The notes beneath the pieces were generated by a model. That model was not told where the DNA came from. It worked only from the letters and a program-made list of their open reading frames with translations, and searched no databases. From contig JBGSQF010000013.1 in NCBI GenBank assembly GCA_041738235.1, forward strand, positions 63,345 through 127,344: a stretch of DNA of 64,000 bases, read 5' to 3'. Within the stretch, counting starts at the first letter, position 1. Every line of letters begins with the position of its first letter. Positions 47,696 through 57,099 of the stretch are shown piece by piece. The translations under genes and the position numbers were made by a program. The DNA comes from Minisyncoccia bacterium. Its GTDB lineage: Bacteria > Patescibacteriota > Minisyncoccia > Moranbacterales > GCA-2747515.

Positions 47696-48053
47696 TAAGG
47701 TGCTTATGGGACTTCGGAAGGGACCTCATGGGAAAGGGGCGTGGTCCTTTCCCGGAGGACACTTGGAGCATGGAGAGACCCCGGAGGAGTGTGCCGTTCG
47801 TGAAACGTTGGAGGAAACAGGCGTGCATATAGGAACGGTTCAACGGGGACCATTTACGAATGATATTTTTGAGGAAAGTGGGAAACATTACGTAACGCTC
47901 TATATGATCGCTTTTGGCATACAGGGAGATCCGAAGGTAATGGAACCGGAAAAGTGGGATCGATGGGAGTGGTTTCCGTGGGACACAATGCCTGAGAACC
48001 TATTCCTTCCGATACAGCATCTTTTGGAGTTGGGGTATCATCCAAAGAATTGA
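47640..48053 (+). CDS. Nudix hydrolase (MutT-like)
   Basis: Nudix box GGHLEHGETPEECAVRETLEETGV; it overlaps the HAD gene by 56 nt. Confidence 0.85.
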   Translation: MNQESRPSVGIGVIILRDNKVLMGLRKGPHGKGAWSFPGGHLEHGETPEECAVRETLEETGVHIGTVQRGPFTNDIFEESGKHYVTLYMIAFGIQGDPKVMEPEKWDRWEWFPWDTMPENLFLPIQHLLELGYHPKN

Positions 48054-48100
48054 CGAAGGAGTGCTTACGCGGTAATATTGTTCTATAGAATCAAAAAAAT

Positions 48101-49402
48101 ATGCTTGATATCCAATTCATTCGAGAAAATCCCGATGTGGTACAGCGCGCCATCGAGCATAAGCGAATTTCATTGCATATAGACGATGTGCTTTCGGCAG
48201 ACAAGAAACGCATTGACCTTCAGAAAGAGATAGAAGAACTTAAGGCGGAAAAGAATCGCTTGAGCGAACGGATCGCCCAGGCCTCTTTGGAAGATCGCCC
48301 CGCTTTGATCGACGGGGGTAAGAAAGTCAAGGAAAAATTGGATGCTTTGGAACCGACGTTTCGTGATGCAGAACTGATCTATCAGGAGATCATGCTTCGG
48401 GTTCCTAATATCCCTTCAGAAGATACGCCGGTGGGAAATGATGAAAATGGGAATGTCGTGATCCGGCAGGTGGGAAAGAAACCGGAGTTTCATTTTGCGC
48501 CCAAGGAGCACTGGGAGATTGGAGAAGCGCTTGATCTCATTGATTCTGAGCGGGCAGTGAAGGTAAGTGGTGCACGTTTCAATTATCTCAAAGGAGATCT
48601 AGTAATGCTAGAGTTTGCTTTAATGCAATTTGGATTGTCTGTATTGACGAGCGAAGAAAAGATCCGAGAAATCTCCAAGAATGCTGGGCTGGATATTTCC
48701 ACAAAACCTTTTGTTCCAGTGTTGCCTCCAGTGATGATGCGGCCTGAGATGATGATGCGTATGGCACGTCTTAATCCAGAGGAAATGTATCAAATGAAAG
48801 AGGATGATCTGGTGCTTGTAGGAAGTGCTGAGCATACTTTAGGTTCGATGTATGCCGATGAGATATTGGAAGAAAACGATCTGCCGATCCGTATGGTAGG
48901 CTTTTCGACGGCCTTTCGTCGGGAGGCGGGAACGTATGGAAAGGACACGAAGGGCATGCTTCGCGTGCACCAATTCAATAAGCTTGAAATAGAGACCTTT
49001 TCTACTCCGGAAATGGCCCGCGCTGAGCAGGATCTTAATGTGGCTATCCAGGAATATTTGATGCAGCAACTTGGTATTCCGTACCAGGTGGTGGCAGTGT
49101 GCACCGGGGATATGGGAAAGCCGGATGTCCGACAGATGGATATTGAGGCATGGATGCCGGGACAGAACACATATCGAGAAACCCACACCGCTGATCTTAT
49201 TGGGGAGTTTCAGGCACGACGCTTGAACACGCGTGTGCGACGATCGGATGGAATGTTACAATGTGTACATATGAATGACGCAACGGCCTTCTCTGAGAGA
49301 CCATTGATCGCAATATTGGAAAATTATCAACAGGAAGACGGCAGCGTATTGGTACCAGAGGTGTTGCAGAAATGGGCAGGAAAAGATACAATACGACTAT
49401 GA
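48101..49402 (+). CDS. serS: Seryl-tRNA synthetase
   Basis: N-terminal coiled-coil tRNA-binding arm plus a class II core (motif 2 FRREAG..G.D..G..RVHQF). Confidence 0.9.
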   Translation: MLDIQFIRENPDVVQRAIEHKRISLHIDDVLSADKKRIDLQKEIEELKAEKNRLSERIAQASLEDRPALIDGGKKVKEKLDALEPTFRDAELIYQEIMLRVPNIPSEDTPVGNDENGNVVIRQVGKKPEFHFAPKEHWEIGEALDLIDSERAVKVSGARFNYLKGDLVMLEFALMQFGLSVLTSEEKIREISKNAGLDISTKPFVPVLPPVMMRPEMMMRMARLNPEEMYQMKEDDLVLVGSAEHTLGSMYADEILEENDLPIRMVGFSTAFRREAGTYGKDTKGMLRVHQFNKLEIETFSTPEMARAEQDLNVAIQEYLMQQLGIPYQVVAVCTGDMGKPDVRQMDIEAWMPGQNTYRETHTADLIGEFQARRLNTRVRRSDGMLQCVHMNDATAFSERPLIAILENYQQEDGSVLVPEVLQKWAGKDTIRL

Positions 49403-49493
49403 AATATTTTTGCGTCCAAAACAACAACAGTATCATTATTATAAGCTCCTCTATCGGAAGGTTGTTTTGAGATGTTTTCCCCCAGACACTTCA

Positions 49494-49524
49494 AAAGAGC
49501 CCTCCGAGTCGAGGGCTTTTTTTT
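49494..49524 (+). terminator. Rho-independent terminator after serS
   Basis: AAGAGCCCTC-CGAGTC-GAGGGCTTTTTTTT. Confidence 0.7.
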
Positions 49525-49545
49525 CATCCTAACTTTGGAGGAGAT

Positions 49546-49740
49546 GTGAACGTGAGCGAGCAAGGTGGGATAAAGCGAGAAGTGCGTCCCATAAGAATGC
49601 CGCAGTGTAGTACCTGTTGGCATCGTGGGCACAGCACTTGCCAGTCTATCAATTGTCCAAAGCCATCTCATACCTCGGAGATAAACCAGGCAGTGACCTG
49701 GCAAAGTGCCGTACGGACAGCATCAATGGATTGGGAATGA
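49546..49740 (+). CDS. Candidate small Cys/His-rich protein (64 aa)
   Basis: GTG start 6 nt after GGAGGAG, a CSTCWHRGHSTCQSINC motif (C-x2-C-x-H-x2-H-x2-C-x4-C), and its own hairpin (GCGCAAC/GTTGCGC) downstream. Confidence 0.3.
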   Translation: MNVSEQGGIKREVRPIRMPQCSTCWHRGHSTCQSINCPKPSHTSEINQAVTWQSAVRTASMDWE

Positions 49741-49799
49741 TTCTCTAAACGGGGCGCAACTTATCACGGTTGCGCTTCTTCTTATTGTGTCTTAGGCTA

Positions 49800-49828
49800 T
49801 TGACAGGAAGTGATAAATATGCTATATT
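49800..49828 (+). promoter_or_regulatory. Sigma70-like promoter (TTGACA-17-TATATT) for the Wzz-like gene
   Basis: Consensus -35, a 17-nt spacer, and a good -10, 28 nt before the ATG at 49856. Confidence 0.45.
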
Positions 49829-49855
49829 ATACGGTTATTTACTAATCATATCACT

Positions 49856-50635
49856 ATGTCGATATTTTCCCTTATGAAAGCCAATAAAGCGAATATGGTA
49901 CTTTCGGGGTTGGCAGTCGCAACGGCGGTATTTTTGGGATTGGTGTTCCTGGCGAATGATTATTCTGTGCAAACCGATTATTTGGTGATCCAAGGATCGG
50001 CAGACAAGCAGGACTTCTATACGCTTTCTAAGAGTGTTGAGTATTCAGGAAATATTCTTAAGGAAGCGATCGCGAGTGACTTATTCTTCTCTGAGGCCGC
50101 TAACACCAAATACTTTGACGCTTCTGTATTTCCGAGTGATGAGCTTGAAAAGTTGAAGGAGTGGCGCAAGTCGATCAAGGTGACGCAACGATCCGGCGCA
50201 GGTATCTTGGAGGTCACCGTTAAGCGTCGTACGCAATCTGAAGCATTAGGCATCGCACGCGCCGTTTCTGATGTGCTGATTCAAAAAAATAATCTTTTTC
50301 GATCCGGTACGCCGGAGAGTCTTACGATCAAAACCATATCTGGACCGATCGTAGAACAGAACCCAACTATCAAACAGTTGATCACTGGATCGGTCGCAGG
50401 GTTTATTCTTGGAGTAGCGCTCTTTCTTCTTTGGAAGTTGTCGCGAGGACCAACCGTCTCAAAGAAATCGGATCAACTGTTCTTCTCTTCTGAGAGAGAA
50501 TTGGATGAGTATCGTAATCGTTTGCAGGTATCATTAGAAATCTCAAAGGGACCGTTCGATGAAAGTTTAGTAGGGGAGGGTAATGCGGTTCCTGAGAATT
50601 TGCCACACTTGACCCAAACGGGGTATACTCAGTAG
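49856..50635 (+). CDS. Wzz/chain-length-determinant-like protein (polysaccharide co-polymerase topology)
   Basis: N-terminal and near-C-terminal TM helices flanking a periplasmic domain; ILEVTVKRRTQSEALGIARAVSDVLI resembles the Wzz N-terminal motif. Confidence 0.55.
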   Translation: MSIFSLMKANKANMVLSGLAVATAVFLGLVFLANDYSVQTDYLVIQGSADKQDFYTLSKSVEYSGNILKEAIASDLFFSEAANTKYFDASVFPSDELEKLKEWRKSIKVTQRSGAGILEVTVKRRTQSEALGIARAVSDVLIQKNNLFRSGTPESLTIKTISGPIVEQNPTIKQLITGSVAGFILGVALFLLWKLSRGPTVSKKSDQLFFSSERELDEYRNRLQVSLEISKGPFDESLVGEGNAVPENLPHLTQTGYTQ

Positions 50636-50781
50636 TTCTTAAAAAAACGCATAGTGGTATATCTGCGAGAAGGAGAGAAGAGGATTCTCTCTTTCCGCGG
50701 GCATAGCCCCGAAGGTTCGTTAACAACTTCTTTCTTTTTCGTAAAATCAGAAGACCCCCAATGGGGGCAGGAGGCATAACC

Positions 50782-51528
50782 ATGGATAAAACCATGGCGA
50801 AACTCATTAGCATCATCTTCGCCGGGCTGGTCCTGGTGGGGTGTGCGACGACTCCCCCCGGGGAGACGTTGGGTTTGAAGGGCGAGGCGATGGAACGCCT
50901 TGCCAACGCGACGACGTTCGTGGCTCCGCCGCCGGTCGAAACGGCGCGGGGCTTCGAGATCGCTCTGCCACAGGATGTGGCACGAGAAATGGGGTGCAAG
51001 GAGTACCCCACGATAGACCACTCGACCGTTTCGGTGTGTCGGAAGTCATTTCGCGCGCGCCTGGACGGTTTGGAGGCGTCTGCTTACCCCTTCGGGGGGA
51101 AGTGGTATGTCTTCATTGCTGGGAAACCCTCTCGGGTGGAGATCCTCTCCGCTCGGGGGGCGAGGCATAACGCTTCGGTCGTCGGTGAGATCGGTCGCTC
51201 CCAAGTAACCGAAATCTATGCCGACATCGGCGCGACATTCCCGTCCGTTTCCGGGGTCATTCCCGGGACGGCGGGGACGCGCCTGCTTTATGGGCAGGAT
51301 GCCCTGAATGCGCTCCGCGTCCCGTCGCTTGTCGATTGGAAGGAGCGTGCGGCGGTGTGTGGGTTGGGGTCCGTGTCGTCCACTGAGCTAATCGGTGTGG
51401 CGACCGGGAACCCCTTGCCCGCAGTTGGGAAGGTTTTGCAGGGCGTTTGTGCCCTGCGCCAAGAACCCCGGCTCCTCGTGGGGTCGGGATCCGCAACACA
51501 ACCCGGGGCAACCCCCCAGGAGAAGTAA
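50782..51528 (+). CDS. Lipoprotein, hypothetical (high-GC island)
   Basis: AGGAGG RBS 7 nt upstream; signal peptide with LVGC lipobox; about 60% GC. Confidence 0.55.
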   Translation: MDKTMAKLISIIFAGLVLVGCATTPPGETLGLKGEAMERLANATTFVAPPPVETARGFEIALPQDVAREMGCKEYPTIDHSTVSVCRKSFRARLDGLEASAYPFGGKWYVFIAGKPSRVEILSARGARHNASVVGEIGRSQVTEIYADIGATFPSVSGVIPGTAGTRLLYGQDALNALRVPSLVDWKERAAVCGLGSVSSTELIGVATGNPLPAVGKVLQGVCALRQEPRLLVGSGSATQPGATPQEK

Positions 51529-51529
51529 G

Positions 51530-53269
51530 ATGAAACGCTTGAATGCGTTCTTCGTCCTCGCGGGGCTCGTCCTCGCGTTGACGATCACTACCACCCCCGC
51601 GGAGGCGGGGAGCTACACGGTGTCCAAGTCGGACTACCGTGGATTGTCCTCTATCGGGCGCAAGCTCGGTGTGGATTGGCTTTCGATCGCGAAGACGAAC
51701 GGGATTAAACCCCCGTATCGGATTCGGGTCGGTCAGGTGCTCACCATTCCGGAAGGCGAAAGCCAACCGGCGGTGGCACAGACCGAAGCAACCCCCGCCA
51801 AGGCCCCCGTGGCCACGGCGGAGATCCCTGCCTCTCCTGCTGGCGTCCGCCAGTGGAAGAAGGTAGGTGGAGACCCCCTCCTTCCGCTCCGTATGCGGAA
51901 GGCTTGGCACAAGGCCGAGGAGCTTCGGCTCACCTCGGAGCAAGCCAACCGGCTGGCTCAATTTGGGCTCTCTGAGTCCCAGATCGAGCAGGTCCGCAAG
52001 GATCTGGCTGGCGGCCAGTGCCAAGCGACGGCTCGTCCCGTAGGGTATCCTTGGGACGGCATGGCGATGGGGCGTGGCAATTGGAACGCCACAGAGAATG
52101 CAACTGGCGACAGCATCATGGTCTGGGCTTGCCCGGAACAGGATGACATACAGGTCGACATCGCGATGGGCTGTGGCAATGTGGCGTGGAAACGTCATGC
52201 GCCCAAGCCCGTAACGCCAACCCCGCAGGAGAAAAAGGCGGGGCTCGAGTGTGAGATGGTCGGAGCCTTGTGGGCGCAGGTCGGAGGGCATGGTGAGTCG
52301 GGTTCGGCCCGGTTCAGCTGTCTTGTCCCGGTCGGCGATCACTGGAAGGTCGGACCGTCTGTTGGTATGTCTGGGTCTCGGTTCGGCAATGGCGAGTGGG
52401 TAGAGGTATCCAACTTCGTCGGCGCCGGTATCGAGGCGCGGGGATCCGATATCGCCGGCCTGGACGCCGTCGAATTCGTGGTTCTCGTGGGGCAAGGGTC
52501 GGCACGTGGTTACTCCACCGATGGAATGGTGGAAAAGCTCAAAGCGTCCGGTATGGACGCTCGTCTCGCGATCCAACTCCGGAAGCGTTTCGCGATCTCC
52601 CCTCAAACGGGAGTGACCGTGCGCTTTATGCCCTGGGTGGACGTGCCACTCACGGGCGCTTCGACCGACATCCTCTGGAAGGGGGGTAAAGTTGGAGAGG
52701 AGCGCGGAAGGCATGTGGTCGTAGGAGCGATCCTGCGGCTTGAGATGGATCGGGCTGACTGGAACGTCAAGCCTGAGCTTACCCTGGGCGTCTGGCACAT
52801 CTCGGATGTGCAAGAGCCGATTGGCGCGAAGATCCTCCTCGGTGTCGCCACGAAGGATGACGTGTGGCGTATCGGAGCGGGCGTACAGTTCCCCAATCCC
52901 CACTGGATAGTGGAGGTTGAGTGGAATCCTGGTCTGGGATGGCTTCATGCCAATACCCAGGTTGCCACCACGGCACTGCTTGCGGGGTCAACACCCACGG
53001 AGCAGTACCTCGGCGTCAAGGCCTCTAAATCGGCCAAAACGTCGCAACCCACAACCGCAACCCCCGCCAAGGCCGAGACGCAAGTCAAGGTCAAGGCGGA
53101 GAAATCTGGAAGTAGCCCGTTTGGTTGGGCTGCCGATATCCAGACAGCAGCACAGTCCACCAGTTCCGGAGCTTCTGGAAATGGCGGACACACAACTTCC
53201 TTAACCTCAACCCCGACAGGATCGTCGGGTTCGACAGTCGACGCGGCCCTCGGGCTGTTCGCCGGCTGA
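51530..53269 (+). CDS. Secreted LysM-domain protein (high-GC island)
   Basis: ATG 1 nt after the preceding stop, a signal peptide MKRLNAFFVLAGLVLALTITTTPAEA, LysM YTVSKSDYRGLSSIGRKLGVDWLSIAKTNGIKPPYRIRVGQVLTIP, and a Thr/Ser-rich tail. Confidence 0.6.
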   Translation: MKRLNAFFVLAGLVLALTITTTPAEAGSYTVSKSDYRGLSSIGRKLGVDWLSIAKTNGIKPPYRIRVGQVLTIPEGESQPAVAQTEATPAKAPVATAEIPASPAGVRQWKKVGGDPLLPLRMRKAWHKAEELRLTSEQANRLAQFGLSESQIEQVRKDLAGGQCQATARPVGYPWDGMAMGRGNWNATENATGDSIMVWACPEQDDIQVDIAMGCGNVAWKRHAPKPVTPTPQEKKAGLECEMVGALWAQVGGHGESGSARFSCLVPVGDHWKVGPSVGMSGSRFGNGEWVEVSNFVGAGIEARGSDIAGLDAVEFVVLVGQGSARGYSTDGMVEKLKASGMDARLAIQLRKRFAISPQTGVTVRFMPWVDVPLTGASTDILWKGGKVGEERGRHVVVGAILRLEMDRADWNVKPELTLGVWHISDVQEPIGAKILLGVATKDDVWRIGAGVQFPNPHWIVEVEWNPGLGWLHANTQVATTALLAGSTPTEQYLGVKASKSAKTSQPTTATPAKAETQVKVKAEKSGSSPFGWAADIQTAAQSTSSGASGNGGHTTSLTSTPTGSSGSTVDAALGLFAG

Positions 53270-53870
53270 GCACAAGGAAGTACTGAAGTAACCACCCCCT
53301 CATAGGAGAGGGGAGACGTCAGTCGAAGAACTGACGAAGGAGTAGTGAAACGCAACACCGCCCGTCTGGAAGACCGGCGAGATAAGTAAAGGCGAGAACA
53401 CTCCGCCTTTCGCCCCTGAGAAATCAAGGGTTCGGGCACGGTGCCCAAGAGTGCTCCCTTTTCGGTTGTGAAAAGGGTACCCGTTCCAGTGAGGACGGTT
53501 GAAAAAGGAAAGAAGGGATCGTAGCATATCCCTTGACAAGCCTGTCAAAGTATGCTAGGATTGAACATTAAATAAGGAAAGAACCTTGTATCTATGGACG
53601 CCCAGGAAAGAGTATTTGTAAATCGGTCGACACGATTTACTTATGTTCTTTCCTTGGGCATTAGCTTTAGCTTTTGATATTTTGTGTTCAGTATTTTGTA
53701 TCTTCTTATGAGGGTGCAAATAGGGAATACAAGAGAGTGAGTTTTTCGAGAGATCAACGGATATACGCATGAAGCGCGTGTCCATCGTCCCCCGAAAAGG
53801 AGGTCGAGAATAGTTACAGGAGTTTTTTAAAACCATGGCCATTTGAGGGAAACCCCCTCGGGAGAACGCC

Positions 53871-54224
53871 ATGAACCGCAAGTACTTGATCCTGATCGCC
53901 GCCCTGATCGCCACCGCCGCCAGTACCACCGCCATCGCCGGCAAGTACGACGGGGCCTCCTGGGGCACCGCCTCGAACAATGTCCAGGTCATCAACTACG
54001 ACCCGGTCCGGTGTGAGGTGTGCCGGGCCGAAAACGGCCAGGCTACCATGACCGAGTGCAACAGCCCCTCGGCCATGCAGGCCGGCCTACCGTACGTCAT
54101 CTATTGCGGGGGCGGGGTCTGGGGGGAGGCTGGCTCCGCGCCCGGGACGACCCGCGTCGGACCCGGCGGACATGTCGGCTCGTTCCGGGCCGGCCAGAAG
54201 GACTACTGGACGGTCAAGCAGTAA
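53871..54224 (+). CDS. Small secreted Cys-containing protein (high-GC island)
   Basis: Signal peptide MNRKYLILIAALIATAASTTAIAG and six Cys residues. Confidence 0.5.
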   Translation: MNRKYLILIAALIATAASTTAIAGKYDGASWGTASNNVQVINYDPVRCEVCRAENGQATMTECNSPSAMQAGLPYVIYCGGGVWGEAGSAPGTTRVGPGGHVGSFRAGQKDYWTVKQ

Positions 54225-54409
54225 CGCTGCCGAACCGCCCCTAGAAGTCCGAGACCGTCGGAGAGATTCAGAATGTCAATGCAAAGCGCAACGCGCTTCT
54301 GCCACGACTTCTGTCTCCTCTCCGACGGTCTTTAAATTGTTTCTCAAAATTCCGATCTTGCCAGAAACAATTAACCCCGCTGTATGGCGGGGTATTCTCT
54401 TTTGTGAAT

Positions 54410-55762
54410 TTATTTTTCTTCTGCCGTTCTTCCATAAACGCTTAGCGCCCCCCCGATCATTGCCCAGAGGATCCACTGCACCATAGTAGAGCGCAGTACG
54501 TGGTCGGTTGCACTGAGAAGAAGAAGTGAAATTGTAAGACAAAGAAGAATAAGGAAGGTATCGTGCTCAACCGGTGTTTTGGAAGCTTTCCAATTTTTAT
54601 AGAGGATGAAAATAGGAGCGAAGGAAAAGAAGAGAAAAACAGCGAGTCCAACCACACCTCCTTCTACGAAGGAACGGACGAATTCATTATGTGGGGCATT
54701 GACGACAAAACGGATCCCACGAACGCTTTCGGCGATGATCTCGAATGTACCAAGTCCGTACCCAAGGAGCGTATTTTGGTCGGCGATCGTTTTATGGATG
54801 GTGTCATTCCAAATGGTTATGCGCCACGCGAGAGAACTGGAAGGACCGAGGTTCAGTCCTTCGGTGATCCGTCCCTGTATGCTGGGTAAGGCAAGGAACA
54901 GTACGATAGGAATAAGTAAAAGAGCCGGGAGTATCTTGAAGTATTTGACCGAGGCGATAAGACCAAGAAAGAGAAAAAATGTTGCCCAAGCTGCCCGAGC
55001 GTAGGTCATTATAAGGATCGCAGTAACGGTAAAGAAGGCAACAAGAGAAATGTTTTTTGCTCTTTCTTTCGTGTACGTAAAGAACATAAGTAGAAGCGCC
55101 GCAAGGACCACCACTAGATAGAGGGCAAATATGTTGGGATGAGCAAATGTTCCATAGATGCGCGGAACCGCAAAAGCATCGTCGACATAACCAATATTGA
55201 AGATAAACTGATACATGGCTGTGGCAATGGGAATGATCGCCGATAAAGAGGAGATCAGCAGAAGTTTGAAAAATCTTTCTTTGGTGTTGATGACAAAGTA
55301 AGAAAGGAGGAATATAAAGAGTATTGAAAAGAGACGAAGGATCTCATAGAGCGTTTGGGAAAAACTGACCGAATAGAGAAGTGTTCCTGTGCCCCATAGA
55401 AGCAGTACCAGGAACGGATAAAAAAGAGGGACATTCAAGACCTTCTGTATTCGGGGGGCGAGATAGAGGATCCCAAGAAATACCGTAAGTAAGCCAAATG
55501 CTTGGGCCACTGTAATGATCCGGGTTGGGTCAAAAGGCATTGAAAAGTTGAGTATCTCAGAGAGTCGATCAAGGGAGGGTCGAATGAAGATCAGAGAAAA
55601 AAGAAGGAGATAGGGAGAATAGAGCAAAAGAAAAAATGACCAAGGAAATAGTCCGGCGAGCACGGATCCAGTAATTGACAATCCCAAGAAAAGAGAGACG
55701 ATAATAAGACCGACTGAAGCGATGAGGGTTATGATAAAAATTCGGGAAAATCGAGCATTCAT
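54410..55762 (-). CDS. O-antigen ligase / Wzy-type polymerase family membrane protein
   Basis: More than 10 TM helices; Wzy_C-like YGTFAHPNIFALYL and a periplasmic loop NAPHNEFV. Confidence 0.8.
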   Translation of the reverse strand: MNARFSRIFIITLIASVGLIIVSLFLGLSITGSVLAGLFPWSFFLLLYSPYLLLFSLIFIRPSLDRLSEILNFSMPFDPTRIITVAQAFGLLTVFLGILYLAPRIQKVLNVPLFYPFLVLLLWGTGTLLYSVSFSQTLYEILRLFSILFIFLLSYFVINTKERFFKLLLISSLSAIIPIATAMYQFIFNIGYVDDAFAVPRIYGTFAHPNIFALYLVVVLAALLLMFFTYTKERAKNISLVAFFTVTAILIMTYARAAWATFFLFLGLIASVKYFKILPALLLIPIVLFLALPSIQGRITEGLNLGPSSSLAWRITIWNDTIHKTIADQNTLLGYGLGTFEIIAESVRGIRFVVNAPHNEFVRSFVEGGVVGLAVFLFFSFAPIFILYKNWKASKTPVEHDTFLILLCLTISLLLLSATDHVLRSTMVQWILWAMIGGALSVYGRTAEEK

Positions 55763-55768
55763 AGTATA

Positions 55769-56992
55769 ATGGAGAGTATGAAAATATTACTGGTCAACAA
55801 ATATCACTATGTAAAGGGTGGTGCCGAACGGGCCTATTTTGATACGGCTCGTGTTCTAGAAGATCACGGACACGAAGTGGCATTTTTTTCTATGCATCAT
55901 CCGATGAACGTGAAAACTCGATGGTCGAAGTACTTTATCGACTCGGTCGATTATCACGATAATCCAAGCATACGCCAAAAAGTGAGAATTGTGAAGAATA
56001 TCCTTTGGAATAGACAGGCACAAGAAAATCTCAGGTCTCTGATTGAGGAATTCCAACCTGACGTAGCGCATCTCCATAATGTTTACCACCAGATCTCTCC
56101 TTCGATCATCGCTACTCTCAAAAGGCATCGCGTACCTGTGGTGATGACACTTCATGACTATAAGCTTATTTGTCCCAACTACTCGATGTATGTTCGAGGT
56201 CGTATTTGGGAAGGCGGCGCGTTACGTTGCGCTCTCGATCGATGTGTGCAGGATTCATATTCAAAAAGTCTTGTATGTGCCGTGGAGTCGATGTTTCATC
56301 AATTGATCGGGATATATGACCGGGTAGATGCTTATATTGCACCCAGTCAGTTTCTAAAGGAAAAATTTAGGGAGCATGGTTTTCAGAAGAAGATCACTCA
56401 TATCGCACAGCCTTTGTTCAAGGAGGATCTTCTTGAAAGTGTTCCATTCGATGTTTCGGCGCCAATCCTTTTTGCTGGGAGATTGTCTATCGAGAAAGGG
56501 GTTGAAACGATCATTCGAGCGATGGCTTTATGTCCCGGTGAAAAACTGGAGATCGCTGGATCTGGTCCTGAAGAAAGAGCCCTGAAGGAACTTGTCCGAT
56601 CTTTAGGGGTTCAAGAACGAGTGTCCTTTTTGGGACACCTTTTGGGTAAAGATCTTCGCCCAAGGATCCAGAAAGCCAAAGCCGTTATCATAACATCGGT
56701 GTGGTTTGAGAATATGCCGTATGCACTTTTGGAGGCGTTGGGCGCAGGAAAAGTAGTGATCGCTTCTCGTATTGGAGGAATGACTGAACGTATCGTTGAT
56801 GGTGAGAACGGTTTTCTTTTCACAGCGGGGGATGTGGAAGATCTTGCGCATACCATAGAGAAGATAAGCCCAAAGAATGTGGAAGATATTCAATACAAAG
56901 CGAGACAAAGCGTTCAAGATATCTCTCCAGAGGAGTATTACAAAAAGGTACTCTCTGTGTACCAAAAGGTTGTGGGGAAAAATAAGAAATAA
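55769..56992 (+). CDS. Glycosyltransferase family 4
   Basis: GT-B fold; FAGRLSIEKGVETIIRAM (EX7E region); the alternative start 55778 (MKILLV) follows GGAGAG. Confidence 0.9.
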   Translation: MESMKILLVNKYHYVKGGAERAYFDTARVLEDHGHEVAFFSMHHPMNVKTRWSKYFIDSVDYHDNPSIRQKVRIVKNILWNRQAQENLRSLIEEFQPDVAHLHNVYHQISPSIIATLKRHRVPVVMTLHDYKLICPNYSMYVRGRIWEGGALRCALDRCVQDSYSKSLVCAVESMFHQLIGIYDRVDAYIAPSQFLKEKFREHGFQKKITHIAQPLFKEDLLESVPFDVSAPILFAGRLSIEKGVETIIRAMALCPGEKLEIAGSGPEERALKELVRSLGVQERVSFLGHLLGKDLRPRIQKAKAVIITSVWFENMPYALLEALGAGKVVIASRIGGMTERIVDGENGFLFTAGDVEDLAHTIEKISPKNVEDIQYKARQSVQDISPEEYYKKVLSVYQKVVGKNKK

Positions 56993-57006
56993 ATTGATAT
57001 AAAAAA

Positions 57007-57036
57007 AGGCTCTACAAAGCCTTTTTTTAGTTGCAG
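57007..57036 (+). terminator. Rho-independent terminator
   Basis: AAAAAAGGCT-CTACA-AGCCTTTTTTT. Confidence 0.6.
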
Positions 57037-57099
57037 TTGGGGTATTGACAAGGAACTAGAAATATGCTATGTTTCTAGGTTAATTTCTATTACTTAATT

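Noticed and set aside
51257-52948. 563-aa ORF on the minus strand
   Set aside because: It lies antisense to the LysM-protein gene inside 60%-GC DNA, where long stop-free antisense frames are expected by chance. The product is Arg/Pro/Gly-rich low complexity, with no signal or motif. The + strand has a signal peptide and a LysM domain.
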